From NCBI GenBank assembly GCA_022564195.1, contig JADFLW010000005.1, forward strand, positions 6,808 through 70,807: 64,000 bases of DNA. Reading direction: 5' to 3'. How positions within the stretch are numbered: the stretch's first letter is position 1; each line of letters opens with the position of its first letter. The notes beneath the pieces are model-generated. The model was not told where the DNA came from and ran no database searches. It saw only the letters and a list, made by a program, of their open reading frames with translations. The stretch comes from Patescibacteria group bacterium. Its GTDB lineage: Bacteria > Patescibacteriota > Microgenomatia > UBA1400 > Chisholmbacteraceae. A program made the position numbers and the translations under genes. Shown here one piece after another: positions 55,703-64,000 of this stretch.

Positions 55703-56134
55703 TTATTCTTTAGAAAGCTCTCGGTCAATATCAGAAAGCTCCGCGTCGATTCCCTCAAACGAGGTCGCTTGAAGATCAGCCTCAATATCCGCAATCTCAT
55801 CGGAATCGGATGTCTGTTCGTACTGAGCCGTGAGGGCATCTTCTTCAACTGGAGTTGGAGTTGGCACCACCACCTCCTCACGTTCTGCCTGTCTAGTCTG
55901 TCGAGCTCGCCCCCCTGAAATAATGCCCGCAACAACCGCGCCAAGAGCCAGCACCAATATAACAATCGCAATAAGCGCCATCCTCTTCCTAGGTGTCTCT
56001 TGTGGTTCGGGTGGCGCCTGATCTTTCTCTGCGGCTGGCGGACTCTCTTGACCTTGCGGCTGACTCTCAGTCCCGCTCGATTCCGCAGGCTTCTGCTCTT
56101 GCTTTTCTTCTGGCTTTGCTTCTTCCTCTACCAT
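55703..56134 (-). CDS. acidic low-complexity membrane-anchored hypothetical protein
   Basis: PE/Q-rich N-terminus, one TM helix LIAIVILVLALGAVVAGII, acidic C-terminus. Confidence 0.4.
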   Translation of the reverse strand: MVEEEAKPEEKQEQKPAESSGTESQPQGQESPPAAEKDQAPPEPQETPRKRMALIAIVILVLALGAVVAGIISGGRARQTRQAEREEVVVPTPTPVEEDALTAQYEQTSDSDEIADIEADLQATSFEGIDAELSDIDRELSKE

Positions 56135-56145
56135 ACAACCTCCTT

Positions 56146-56817
56146 CTACTCAGCAGTCGAAGAGGGGGTGGCTTCTCCCACCCCCGTCTGTGGTCCCTTC
56201 ATCTGCCGAATGATCTCCACAAACTGCTTATGAATGTCTTTAAGCATATCCCGAGTCTCGAGCACGGTATCACGAACAATCCCAAATGCTGCCTTTGGAT
56301 CATCAGACGCCAACACCTCTTCAACCTTCGCCTCCAATCCATCCAACAAGCCTTCGGCCACACTCAAATCATCTCGAACGTCGGCCAAATCCTCACGCAA
56401 GCCAGAAACATCAATCTCTCGTGCTTCCATCTTGTCAAGACGCGATTCAATCCGATCCGCAATCCGCCCCAGCCTGACAGTGGCGGCCTCAAAGCGCCGG
56501 AGCATCCGTTTAAAAAACCTACGAATCAGTACCTTCCTATGCTCCGCAACCCGTCTGCGGATTTCGGCCACACGCGTCGCAATCTTCTCTCTGCGAAGCT
56601 CGACTCGATCCTGAATCGCATCACGACGCTGCTCGATTCGCTGCCGAACCGCCTCTCTCCGTTCCTCTGCCCGCTGTCGCACATCGGTTGCTCTATCAAC
56701 CACATCCGACACATCCGAATCACTATCAAGAGTCACGTGGGAACTAGCATAAACGCTACCAATACTCAGAGAGAAAACGAGAAGCATCACAGCGAGCAAG
56801 AACCGCATACGTTTCAT
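56146..56817 (-). CDS. secreted coiled-coil hypothetical protein (DUF5667-like)
   Basis: Signal MKRMRFLLAVMLLVFSLSIGSVYA, then R/E-rich heptad-like helices. Confidence 0.45.
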   Translation of the reverse strand: MKRMRFLLAVMLLVFSLSIGSVYASSHVTLDSDSDVSDVVDRATDVRQRAEERREAVRQRIEQRRDAIQDRVELRREKIATRVAEIRRRVAEHRKVLIRRFFKRMLRRFEAATVRLGRIADRIESRLDKMEAREIDVSGLREDLADVRDDLSVAEGLLDGLEAKVEEVLASDDPKAAFGIVRDTVLETRDMLKDIHKQFVEIIRQMKGPQTGVGEATPSSTAE

Positions 56818-56900
56818 ACTACTCACGACATCAAAGAATGTCAACCCAGATGAATATGAAAAAAAAATGAAGCAATAAACCAGTGGAACAATGCTGTCTT

Positions 56901-57233
56901 CTACTTCCCCACCACCCTCTTCGCCTGCCCTGAGCTTGTCGAACGGGTCCGTTCTTCAACTTTGTCTACCTTCTCTAAGACCCTCGCCAGCACCATCTCG
57001 ATAAGCCCAGCGTCCTTTGGGGCTTTCTTGCGCTTGACAATTTCATTGACAGTCTCAAGTTCCGCATCAACCAAAAGCTGCCGCAGCAAATTGCGCTTCA
57101 GCCGCAGAAGCTCCGACGGAAGCATCCGGGGAACAAGCCTTTTCCAACGCTTCTTCTCCTCAGAAGCAAGACCAGCAATCTCTACCAACTGCTCAACTTC
57201 CTCACGCTGTTTGTACAATCTCGAAACTGCCAT
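56901..57233 (-). CDS. hypothetical protein
   Basis: 110 aa, helical and charged. No family. Confidence 0.35.
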   Translation of the reverse strand: MAVSRLYKQREEVEQLVEIAGLASEEKKRWKRLVPRMLPSELLRLKRNLLRQLLVDAELETVNEIVKRKKAPKDAGLIEMVLARVLEKVDKVEERTRSTSSGQAKRVVGK

Positions 57234-57267
57234 AGAGTCTTCCTCTCAATGCTCCTTTATGCCCCTC

Positions 57268-59001
57268 CTAGCCCTGACTTGGCTCTTTCATCCCCTCCTT
57301 GGCTGCGCTTTTCAGCTCATTCCAAGTTTCCATGATGAGCATCCACCAAAAAAACCGCATAAAGGTTCTCTTTCTCTCCACGCTCAAACCCTTCTCCATC
57401 GATGCTTGAGCCGCCCTATTAAACGCCGCTCGCAACTCAGGAAGTTTGAGATCTTCTGGAGAATCTTCCTTATATCCATGAGACCGTAGCTCTTTCCTGA
57501 GCCGCCGATAAAACACTTTACGCATCTTGCTGGCCTTTCCGCTATCCTTCACATCCTTAGAAAAAACCTCTTCTGCAAATTCCTGAAGACCCTTCTTTCC
57601 CTCTGCCAGCCCGTCCAGATCTTGCTCCATCTCCTCAGGAGTCTTCTCAATCTGCCGAAGCCATCCTTGAACCTCTTTATCTTCAAGCGTCGCTTCCCAG
57701 TCTCTTCCTTTCTCTGGGGCTTCCGCCGCCCTATATGCTTCAGTCCCAGCTTCCGTCGTCGCGGTCCTCTCTGCTTCCTCTTTTGACTTTCCTGCATCCC
57801 TTAATTCTTGAACACGAGATTTACTGACTTCCACTTCTTCCGTGGGCACCCTTCCTAGTTCAACCCCTCGAGCTGCTTTCTTCTCTGCCCGCTCAGCGAC
57901 TTTCCGAGGCTCCACTCCGAAAATCTCCCTGAGCAGCTCTTCTTGCTCAGGACTAAACTCGCCAGCCTCCAACCGATCAACCAACCCACGGAGCTTTCCA
58001 ACCAGCTCATCACTCTCATCCAAGGCCTCCAGTTCTTCTTGAGGCAACTCTGCTTCCTCCTCTTTCGCCCGCTCCCCGGCCTCCTCCGGTGTCTCCTCTG
58101 CAGCAGCTTCAGCCTCAATGCCCTCTTTCTCCATCCGTTGTGTAACATCCCTTTCAACTTCCCCACGCTCCTCTTCGACCTTCACTGCCATAAGGATGAC
58201 AGGATCTGCTTCTTCTCGCTCCATTCGCAATCGCGCCTGCGAATACATTGTGGTCGGCCGAAGCTCAGAGAATCCCAACCACCTCCAGGCATCTTCAAGG
58301 CCGTTAGCAACCATCCTGCGCAAGGTCTGCTCTGGAGCGTCTCTTCCGACCGCCTCAATCACTCGCTCCTGAAGACTCTTTCTCCCAGATTTGACAGAGT
58401 CAAAGTAGTCGATCAGGCGATTGGTCTCCCGACGCCGATCAAGCAAATTCCGTACTTCTCTAGCCTTCTTATCCCCAACTTCAGTACCTAACTTTGAAAT
58501 CTCCGGCTCCAAAGCCCTCCTCGCCTCCATATAGTCCGCATAGCCCCTAGGGCGCTCCATTCTATCTACAAGCACCCTGATGCTTCCGGGAAGCTTCTCC
58601 GAATTCCGCTGAAGGAGAAATCCCATCCCATACATTCGCGCTTCCATATCGCCAGGAGTGTTCTTCTCACGACCGACGCCCTCGGAGAGAGTATCGATTT
58701 GGAGCTTGATCTGATCTGCATCATTCCTATCAGGGTTCTGAAGAATCTTCGCGTGAAGCTCCTCTGCATCAGCCAACAAAAGTTCATCTGCCCGATCCAC
58801 ATGCTTCCAATCAACACGAAAGGCCTCACCCGTCTCTCTTTTTGCCGTTCGAGGAGACACCTCTTCCTCACGCTCCACCTCCACTCGCATCCGCTCTCGT
58901 GCTTTGAAAAGCTTCTCACTGGCAGCAGACCCTTTTCTCTCTGGCTTTGGTTGTGTCTCAGTTTGATCTTCATCCATAAAAGTATGAGCCGATTTTACCA
59001 T
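57268..59001 (-). CDS. large acidic coiled-coil hypothetical protein
   Basis: 577 aa, E/K/R-rich. No recognisable catalytic motifs. Confidence 0.5.
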   Translation of the reverse strand: MVKSAHTFMDEDQTETQPKPERKGSAASEKLFKARERMRVEVEREEEVSPRTAKRETGEAFRVDWKHVDRADELLLADAEELHAKILQNPDRNDADQIKLQIDTLSEGVGREKNTPGDMEARMYGMGFLLQRNSEKLPGSIRVLVDRMERPRGYADYMEARRALEPEISKLGTEVGDKKAREVRNLLDRRRETNRLIDYFDSVKSGRKSLQERVIEAVGRDAPEQTLRRMVANGLEDAWRWLGFSELRPTTMYSQARLRMEREEADPVILMAVKVEEERGEVERDVTQRMEKEGIEAEAAAEETPEEAGERAKEEEAELPQEELEALDESDELVGKLRGLVDRLEAGEFSPEQEELLREIFGVEPRKVAERAEKKAARGVELGRVPTEEVEVSKSRVQELRDAGKSKEEAERTATTEAGTEAYRAAEAPEKGRDWEATLEDKEVQGWLRQIEKTPEEMEQDLDGLAEGKKGLQEFAEEVFSKDVKDSGKASKMRKVFYRRLRKELRSHGYKEDSPEDLKLPELRAAFNRAAQASMEKGLSVERKRTFMRFFWWMLIMETWNELKSAAKEGMKEPSQG

Positions 59002-59057
59002 CCCTAGAAGGCAAGATCAAACAGCCACCCCTGAACAATCAATGCTAAAATACCCAT

Positions 59058-59753
59058 ATGACACTCCCGGTGTTGGAAAAAATCTTTGGCCGCGCAGAAA
59101 CCCACCCTGCTCGAGCATTAGAAAAGCGTTTAGAGAAATTGCTCCGCGACATCCAAAAGCCAAAAATCGCCCACCCCTCCAAGTTCTGGATCGCCAAAGA
59201 GGTCCAGAAGGCATCCGCACCAAGGCTCTTAACCATCCCCTTTGAAAAAGAAAGGGAGTTCGCGGTCGTCTGGGCACAGAACCGAGTGCCGTACGGCCTC
59301 ATGCTCTTCGCCCAAAGCCAATACCCAACCGTCGACTATGACCTCTGGGCCTACACCCGAGTAAAACACCGCGGCCACAACATCGCCAAACTCACCTTGG
59401 CAGAAGGTACCCGCCAACTTGCGCTCGAAAGAAGAGATGTTGTGTTAACTGCGGAAATCCTCATTGAAAACGAGCGAATCCGCCAAAGTGCAGTCCGCTG
59501 GCTCAAGGTTCTTGGCTTCATCGCTTCAGAAGGCCAAGAAGAAACCACCTACAAGCGCCTCTTCATGGCCGCCTATACAAGAGAGCTACTCCAGAAAGCA
59601 TTACTTGCCCTTCCCACTGAGTTTCAAAAACCGGAGAAAAAAACGCCGCCTATGCCACCCGACATTCTCGCTCAGTTTACAAGCAAACTGACGAACAGCT
59701 TCGACGAGGGAGGTTCCGATCTCCTCGAGAGAAGAAGAACTTCAGTGAGATGA
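59058..59753 (+). CDS. hypothetical protein, divergently transcribed from the preceding gene
   Basis: 231 aa with no family. 56-nt divergent spacer. Confidence 0.45.
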   Translation: MTLPVLEKIFGRAETHPARALEKRLEKLLRDIQKPKIAHPSKFWIAKEVQKASAPRLLTIPFEKEREFAVVWAQNRVPYGLMLFAQSQYPTVDYDLWAYTRVKHRGHNIAKLTLAEGTRQLALERRDVVLTAEILIENERIRQSAVRWLKVLGFIASEGQEETTYKRLFMAAYTRELLQKALLALPTEFQKPEKKTPPMPPDILAQFTSKLTNSFDEGGSDLLERRRTSVR

Positions 59754-59761
59754 ATCAAGAA

Positions 59762-60823
59762 TCATGAATAGACTTCGGCATGCTCCTGCAGCGTTTGCCC
59801 AAACAGACCCACCTCTGGATCGAGGCTCATCACTTGCCGCATCCCTGCCACAAATCCCCGATCACGCATCTCTTCCCTTCGACCTTCGTCTTCTCGTCCT
59901 TCCTCTAGAAGATACTTAATACGGTCCAAATACCCCTTACCAAGCAATGCAACAGGCCGATACGGCTTGACAAGCGTTTCACCAAGAATCCAAGAGAGAT
60001 TGTCGACCTTATCAATCAAATACTGGTAGTCTCCAGCAACCCTCCTTTCACGACCCTCGATATAGACATTCCGAAGCAGCCGATTATCCACCTCATCCCC
60101 TACCTCGAAAAGGCCTTTTCGGTCAGACGCCCGTGCGAAAGCCAATGCCCCACTCATCTGAGAATATTTGAGGGTGATATTGCCGCCAACCTCCATCTCC
60201 CGCCTCATTGCATGGCGCTTGGCAGCATAAAGGTTCTGCATGGTAATCAGCTTGTTATCCCTCTCCAGAGAATCCTTTCCGAGACTGGCTTTCGCCAACC
60301 ACAGGATCATCAAGAGTTTTACTTCAAGCTTCACCGACTCAGGATCCAAACCAACCTCCGAAAGCTTAGCCATTGTTTCCTGCTGAAGGGACAAACGCTC
60401 TTCATCAGAGATGCTTGAAAGCTCACGTTCTTGAAAGAAGTGAATAAGGTATCGAGTGCGCTCTAAAACTGCATCAACTTGCCTCTGTTCTACCTTCTCT
60501 TGACCCTCCAGGATGTAACCCGCCTGCCGAATGGCACTCTCAACACTCTCAACCTGCACAATCTCACGACTCCTCACGTCTTTAGTCTTCAAACCTCTCC
60601 TCATCTGAACCCTATCCGGCTGTCGTCTCCTCGATAGTGAAGTGAACTCCCCTGAGCGAGCTGTCCCCCTCCCTACTTCTCTCCAACGTTTAAACAAGAT
60701 AGTCCCATCATCATCAACCCGCGCCGCACTCCCAAAGAGCGGTTCAGCCCGCGCAAAACGCTCCAGTTTCTCAAGCGCAGCTTCGCTCCGGCGATCAACA
60801 AAATACTTCTCTCTTCTGGTCAT
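59762..60823 (-). CDS. hypothetical protein
   Basis: 353 aa with no family recognised. Confidence 0.5.
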   Translation of the reverse strand: MTRREKYFVDRRSEAALEKLERFARAEPLFGSAARVDDDGTILFKRWREVGRGTARSGEFTSLSRRRQPDRVQMRRGLKTKDVRSREIVQVESVESAIRQAGYILEGQEKVEQRQVDAVLERTRYLIHFFQERELSSISDEERLSLQQETMAKLSEVGLDPESVKLEVKLLMILWLAKASLGKDSLERDNKLITMQNLYAAKRHAMRREMEVGGNITLKYSQMSGALAFARASDRKGLFEVGDEVDNRLLRNVYIEGRERRVAGDYQYLIDKVDNLSWILGETLVKPYRPVALLGKGYLDRIKYLLEEGREDEGRREEMRDRGFVAGMRQVMSLDPEVGLFGQTLQEHAEVYS

Positions 60824-60918
60824 TGCGTCCCAATTGTACCATCAAGACGAAGCCAGAACGAAAAGGAGGCTCGTGCAAAGCCTCCTTAGAAAATGATCTG
60901 TCCAAAAACCATGCAACA

Positions 60919-61368
60919 CTACAAATCCCCGCAAGATGTAAACACGGCGATCTCCTCTGCCGATTTGTGGACGTTAACCGCAAGAGGTTTTCCCGACTCT
61001 AGTGTTTCCATATCGATATCCAAGGTTGTCTCAGATGCGCCATCAACGACATTCGTAAGCGGATAGACGACCGAGCCAATCCCTGGACAGCTCCCATCAT
61101 GGATATGCGCCGGTTGAGGCACAGCGCTCGCCGGACCTTCCAACGCCAGCATCACCATGACTTTTCCGTCAACCTCTTCGATCGTCGCCGTTCCGCTTTG
61201 ACCAGAGTCATTCACCTCCGAAAGCTCGACAACCATCTTCTCCAACATCGCTCCATCTTCGGGAGCCGTAGTTGTCGTTGTCGTCCCTGGACTGGCTGCA
61301 TGTAAGCATCCCGCGAGAACAAGCGCCGCACCGACAACAAAGAGAAATTTCTTTCCTAATGGAATCAT
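60919..61368 (-). CDS. CHRD-domain lipoprotein
   Basis: Lipobox LVLAGC. T-rich linker. The AHIHDGSC and VNVHKSAEE pattern resembles CHRD. The ORF is open to 61494 but would overlap the Ldt gene. Confidence 0.5.
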   Translation of the reverse strand: MIPLGKKFLFVVGAALVLAGCLHAASPGTTTTTTAPEDGAMLEKMVVELSEVNDSGQSGTATIEEVDGKVMVMLALEGPASAVPQPAHIHDGSCPGIGSVVYPLTNVVDGASETTLDIDMETLESGKPLAVNVHKSAEEIAVFTSCGDL

Positions 61369-61414
61369 TATTTCCACCTCCTTCCTGTTTACCCCGTCCG
61401 CCGGGGTCAACCGG

Positions 61415-62059
61415 CTAACTTGCCGGTTCTTTCCCGTAAATAACAACTGGCGTTTCCAAGCTTTCTGTCCAGTGAAAAAGCAGCCCCGCATCATCCGGCC
61501 GCAGATTCACACATCCATGACTCATCGTATTCCCGAAGTTGTTGTGCCAATAGGCCCCATGGATGCCATAGCCGCGCCACTTGGGCACCTGGTCATTGAA
61601 GAAATACATGATGTAGGGGACGTTCGGCAGGTAGTAATAGGTCCCTAAATCTTTTGATCCGCCTTCCATCTTGGAGGATCTAAGCTTAATCCAGATTCGA
61701 AACTCGCCGGTTGGGGTCGGCCACCACGGCTTGCCTGAAGAGATGACAAAGTCATACACCTTCCGATCCCCCTCAAACGCATAGATCCGCTGCCGGGCCA
61801 AATCAATCTCAATTCTCTTCGCAGCATCTGTTGTGCCGAGAACTGCTCCCGCAAGTTCTCCGTCTTCCGAGGGCGGAGGCACCGGAATGCGCCGATCCTC
61901 AAAAAACGCCAGCCTCTCCGAAGGATCGTATTCCCCAGAGAGCGCCGTCGGATCAAGCCGGTTCTGACAAGAAAGCTCCTGCGGTCTCCGAGCTCCGACA
62001 ACCAACCAGGTCGTCAGAATAAAAACGCCAACAAACAGCAACTCGCGCCAATGTTTCAT
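61415..62059 (-). CDS. L,D-transpeptidase (YkuD domain)
   Basis: Catalytic GYGIHGAYWHNNFGNTMSHGCVNL is the H...SHGC motif. Signal/anchor at the N-terminus. Confidence 0.8.
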   Translation of the reverse strand: MKHWRELLFVGVFILTTWLVVGARRPQELSCQNRLDPTALSGEYDPSERLAFFEDRRIPVPPPSEDGELAGAVLGTTDAAKRIEIDLARQRIYAFEGDRKVYDFVISSGKPWWPTPTGEFRIWIKLRSSKMEGGSKDLGTYYYLPNVPYIMYFFNDQVPKWRGYGIHGAYWHNNFGNTMSHGCVNLRPDDAGLLFHWTESLETPVVIYGKEPAS

Positions 62060-62167
62060 GAGTGTAAGTGTATCATGGACAACCGAAGCGTACTCCCCTG
62101 ACCTCTATCGCTCCTCCATCGATGCTTCCACTCTCTCCATTAAGGATGAAGGAGAACTTGTTTTAGA

Positions 62168-62800
62168 CTACAATCTCTCCATTAGGTATTCGTCAAAATA
62201 GATATCCACAACAGGTGCTTTGTAGTCTTCTTTGTGTCGCTTCACAACTTTAAAGTCGCTGCCAAAGAGCGCAAGGATATCTTTTTCAGAAAAGTACCAA
62301 ATTTTCCAGCTACCTACTAATTGGTCGATAAAATAATCTTTCTTGCGATTCGGAGTACGCTTTGAAAAACATCTAAGAAAAAAGAGACTGCTAGTTTGTG
62401 TATGTTTGGCGATTTCTCCAGCATATGTCTGCTGCTTTTTTCTGGCGATACCGTGTAAGTTGGCAAAATCCAGAACAAAATCAAACTTGCGGTTTTTTAA
62501 AAATGATAAGTCCGTAGCGTCTTTGGCATAAAAATCAATCTCAACTCGTGCTTGTTTAGCAAGACTGCGAGCGTGTTTGACGGCTGTCTGGGAAATATCT
62601 ACCGCGACAACTTTACATCCCTTTTCTGCTAAATAAGCTGCTTTTTCTCCAGTACCACACCCCAACTCAAGTGTAGTACCGACAGGAATGGTACCGTTAT
62701 CGACAAGTTGATAAAACCAAGTGGCGGAAGCAGTCCTCCAAGGTATCCTCCCCAGAGGAACATCTTTATAGATTCTCTCCCAAACATTCTTATGAACCAC
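62168..62800 (-). CDS. class I SAM-dependent methyltransferase
   Basis: Motif I LELGCGTGEKAAYLAEKGCKVVAVDIS. Confidence 0.75.
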   Translation of the reverse strand: MVHKNVWERIYKDVPLGRIPWRTASATWFYQLVDNGTIPVGTTLELGCGTGEKAAYLAEKGCKVVAVDISQTAVKHARSLAKQARVEIDFYAKDATDLSFLKNRKFDFVLDFANLHGIARKKQQTYAGEIAKHTQTSSLFFLRCFSKRTPNRKKDYFIDQLVGSWKIWYFSEKDILALFGSDFKVVKRHKEDYKAPVVDIYFDEYLMERL

Positions 62801-63019
62801 AACCCAAGTATATCAGGTTCCAGCGTCCACTTGGGGTATTGAAAATTTGAGATTGCAAACCCTGAGTTAGTGGTTCGACTTCGCTCACCACCATGACCGA
62901 ATGGTCGAAGGGCTGAAAATGTGTGGCTCGCTAAGTGGAATAACTTACGAACTACGAGGCTAGTTGAGAATACGTAATGAGGAGTGCTAAAATATCGCGA
63001 GAAGACATTGGAGGCCTCA

Positions 63020-63757
63020 ATGTTATTTTTTCTAGATCCCAAAAAGCTGATTGGGAGAGCGTTCATCAAATTTGCCGCAAAGCTTTCCTATAAATCAAGT
63101 GTTTTACAAAACTCAAAAGTCTGGTTTGGCAAGCAATTTATTTTGGCATGTATCTATGGCGGCGAAGCAGAATTTCTTAAAAAAAGTGGTAAGGAGCCAG
63201 CGACTATTTTATTTCGCCCAGCATCAGAAGTCGAAAACCTGGAGCTCTGGGAATGCAGTCCTAGTGTCAAAAATTGCGACAAAACCAAGAATTACAACAA
63301 AAGCAAAGCTAAATTAAAAAAACTTCTAGGGGGCTCTATCTATGCATTTATCACAAACAATTTTGATAAACATACTTATTATATTGTCAAAGGGAAGCTT
63401 AAGGGGATACCTATCCATTCAACAAGTGTTGTAAGCAAACTGCACAAAGATAGTACTAAGAAAATAAACAAGGATCTCAAAAAGGAGAAAGACTTTTTCC
63501 GATGGAGTAACAGCAAGGGCTCTAAATTCTGGATCTCATTTTTGCTCATAGCAGAAGGTAAAAATATGCTCACGGCTGTCTACACATTCAAAAATTTCTG
63601 GAACTTCCCATCACTAAAAAACATCCCTTACCATTACCACAAAGAGCATCCCGTACCAAAGTTTAAAAAGGGAAAAACCTACAAAGCAATGTACATGCCG
63701 GTAGACAAAGAAGGCTGGATACCATTTATGTCGGAAGTGAAGTGGAAAGAGGACTGA
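63020..63757 (+). CDS. lysine-rich hypothetical protein in an AT-rich segment
   Basis: The ORF is open from 62984. High K content and low GC relative to the rest of the window. Confidence 0.4.
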   Translation: MLFFLDPKKLIGRAFIKFAAKLSYKSSVLQNSKVWFGKQFILACIYGGEAEFLKKSGKEPATILFRPASEVENLELWECSPSVKNCDKTKNYNKSKAKLKKLLGGSIYAFITNNFDKHTYYIVKGKLKGIPIHSTSVVSKLHKDSTKKINKDLKKEKDFFRWSNSKGSKFWISFLLIAEGKNMLTAVYTFKNFWNFPSLKNIPYHYHKEHPVPKFKKGKTYKAMYMPVDKEGWIPFMSEVKWKED

Positions 63758-63835
63758 AAGTCCTGAGTAAGCCGAAGGATTGAGATGTCGCCTTACAAAG
63801 CTCAAGAATTTTACGACTATATTAAATTCGGCTAA

Positions 63836-64000
63836 TGAAAAGGCTCATATTTGTCTACAATGCTAACTCTGGCCTGTTTAATGCAATCGCCGACACAGCC
63901 CACAAAACTCTCTCCCCTGAAACCTACCAATGCAATCTCTGCCGCCTCACCTACGGCTTGATTTCAGAAAAAAAGGAATGGGCAGAGTTTATAAAAAGCT
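63836..64000 (+). CDS. hypothetical CxxC-containing protein, 5' partial (runs off the window)
   Basis: MKRLIFVYNANSGLFNAIADTAHKTLSPETYQCNLCRLTYGLISEKKEWAEFIKS is open to the window end. Confidence 0.4.

Noticed and set aside
43777-62925. Shared 11-13-nt GC-rich strings (GAGCGAAGTCGAA / GTCGAAGGGCT) between the insert in the 43.75-kb heptad array and the spacer at 62870-62925.
   Set aside because: Exact matches of 12 nt are expected by chance many times in a 64-kb window scanned on both strands.

Overview
This is a 64-kb bacterial window at about 50% GC, coded mostly on the minus strand and densely packed with short intergenic spacers. Many secreted or acidic coiled-coil hypothetical proteins (DUF5667-like) and a reduced metabolic gene set suggest a small-genome, possibly CPR/Patescibacteria-like organism (inference only). 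I found no rRNA, tRNA, CRISPR array, transposase or integrase.

Gene content, in window order:
- A nucleotide-supply island: NrdR, three tandem divergent class II (B12-dependent) ribonucleotide reductase (RNR) paralogs, and NUDIX and MazG hydrolases embedded in the operon. An NrdR box sits upstream of nrdR.
- A 437-aa hypothetical protein with a C-terminal zinc ribbon.
- A roughly 234-bp element present in two near-identical direct copies. The copies flank a two-gene cassette encoding a DUF4430-like secreted protein and an ECF S-component-like membrane protein.
- An M20 peptidase, a CPBP protease and a cytidylate-kinase-like protein with a degenerate P-loop.
- Two class A penicillin-binding protein (PBP) paralogs flanking a GH18 hydrolase.
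- cmk and a LOG-family protein.
- A pentose-phosphate block: rpiB, rpe, a split transketolase, a PfkB kinase and a 2-hydroxyacid dehydrogenase.
- A thiol-disulfide block: a DUF3179 protein, a TlpA-like oxidoreductase, ccdA, a redoxin fusion and a Crp/Fnr regulator.
- A ferredoxin plus FNR-like reductase pair.
- tsaC, then a suf operon in the order sufC, sufB, a short sufD, sufS, sufU.
- A DEDD exonuclease and an Rrf2 regulator with a candidate operator.
- A copper block: copZ, copA, a cupredoxin-like protein and a DsbD_2-family membrane protein fused to His-rich periplasmic domains.
- mutY, comB-like, a metzincin, class I FBA and glpX.
- A block of acidic coiled-coil hypotheticals.
- A CHRD lipoprotein, an L,D-transpeptidase and a SAM methyltransferase.
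- An AT-rich tail carrying a lysine-rich ORF.

The most unusual signals are non-coding. The duplicated element is GGA-rich and ends in a hairpin-plus-T-tract that abuts or contains the ribosome-binding site of the next gene. A family of CTAG-containing heptad tandem repeats, (TARRCGC)n, recurs in at least three further loci just 3' of minus-strand stop codons. A perfect 32-bp palindrome lies inside copy A. A 440-bp hairpin-rich non-coding block sits at 24.3-24.7 kb.
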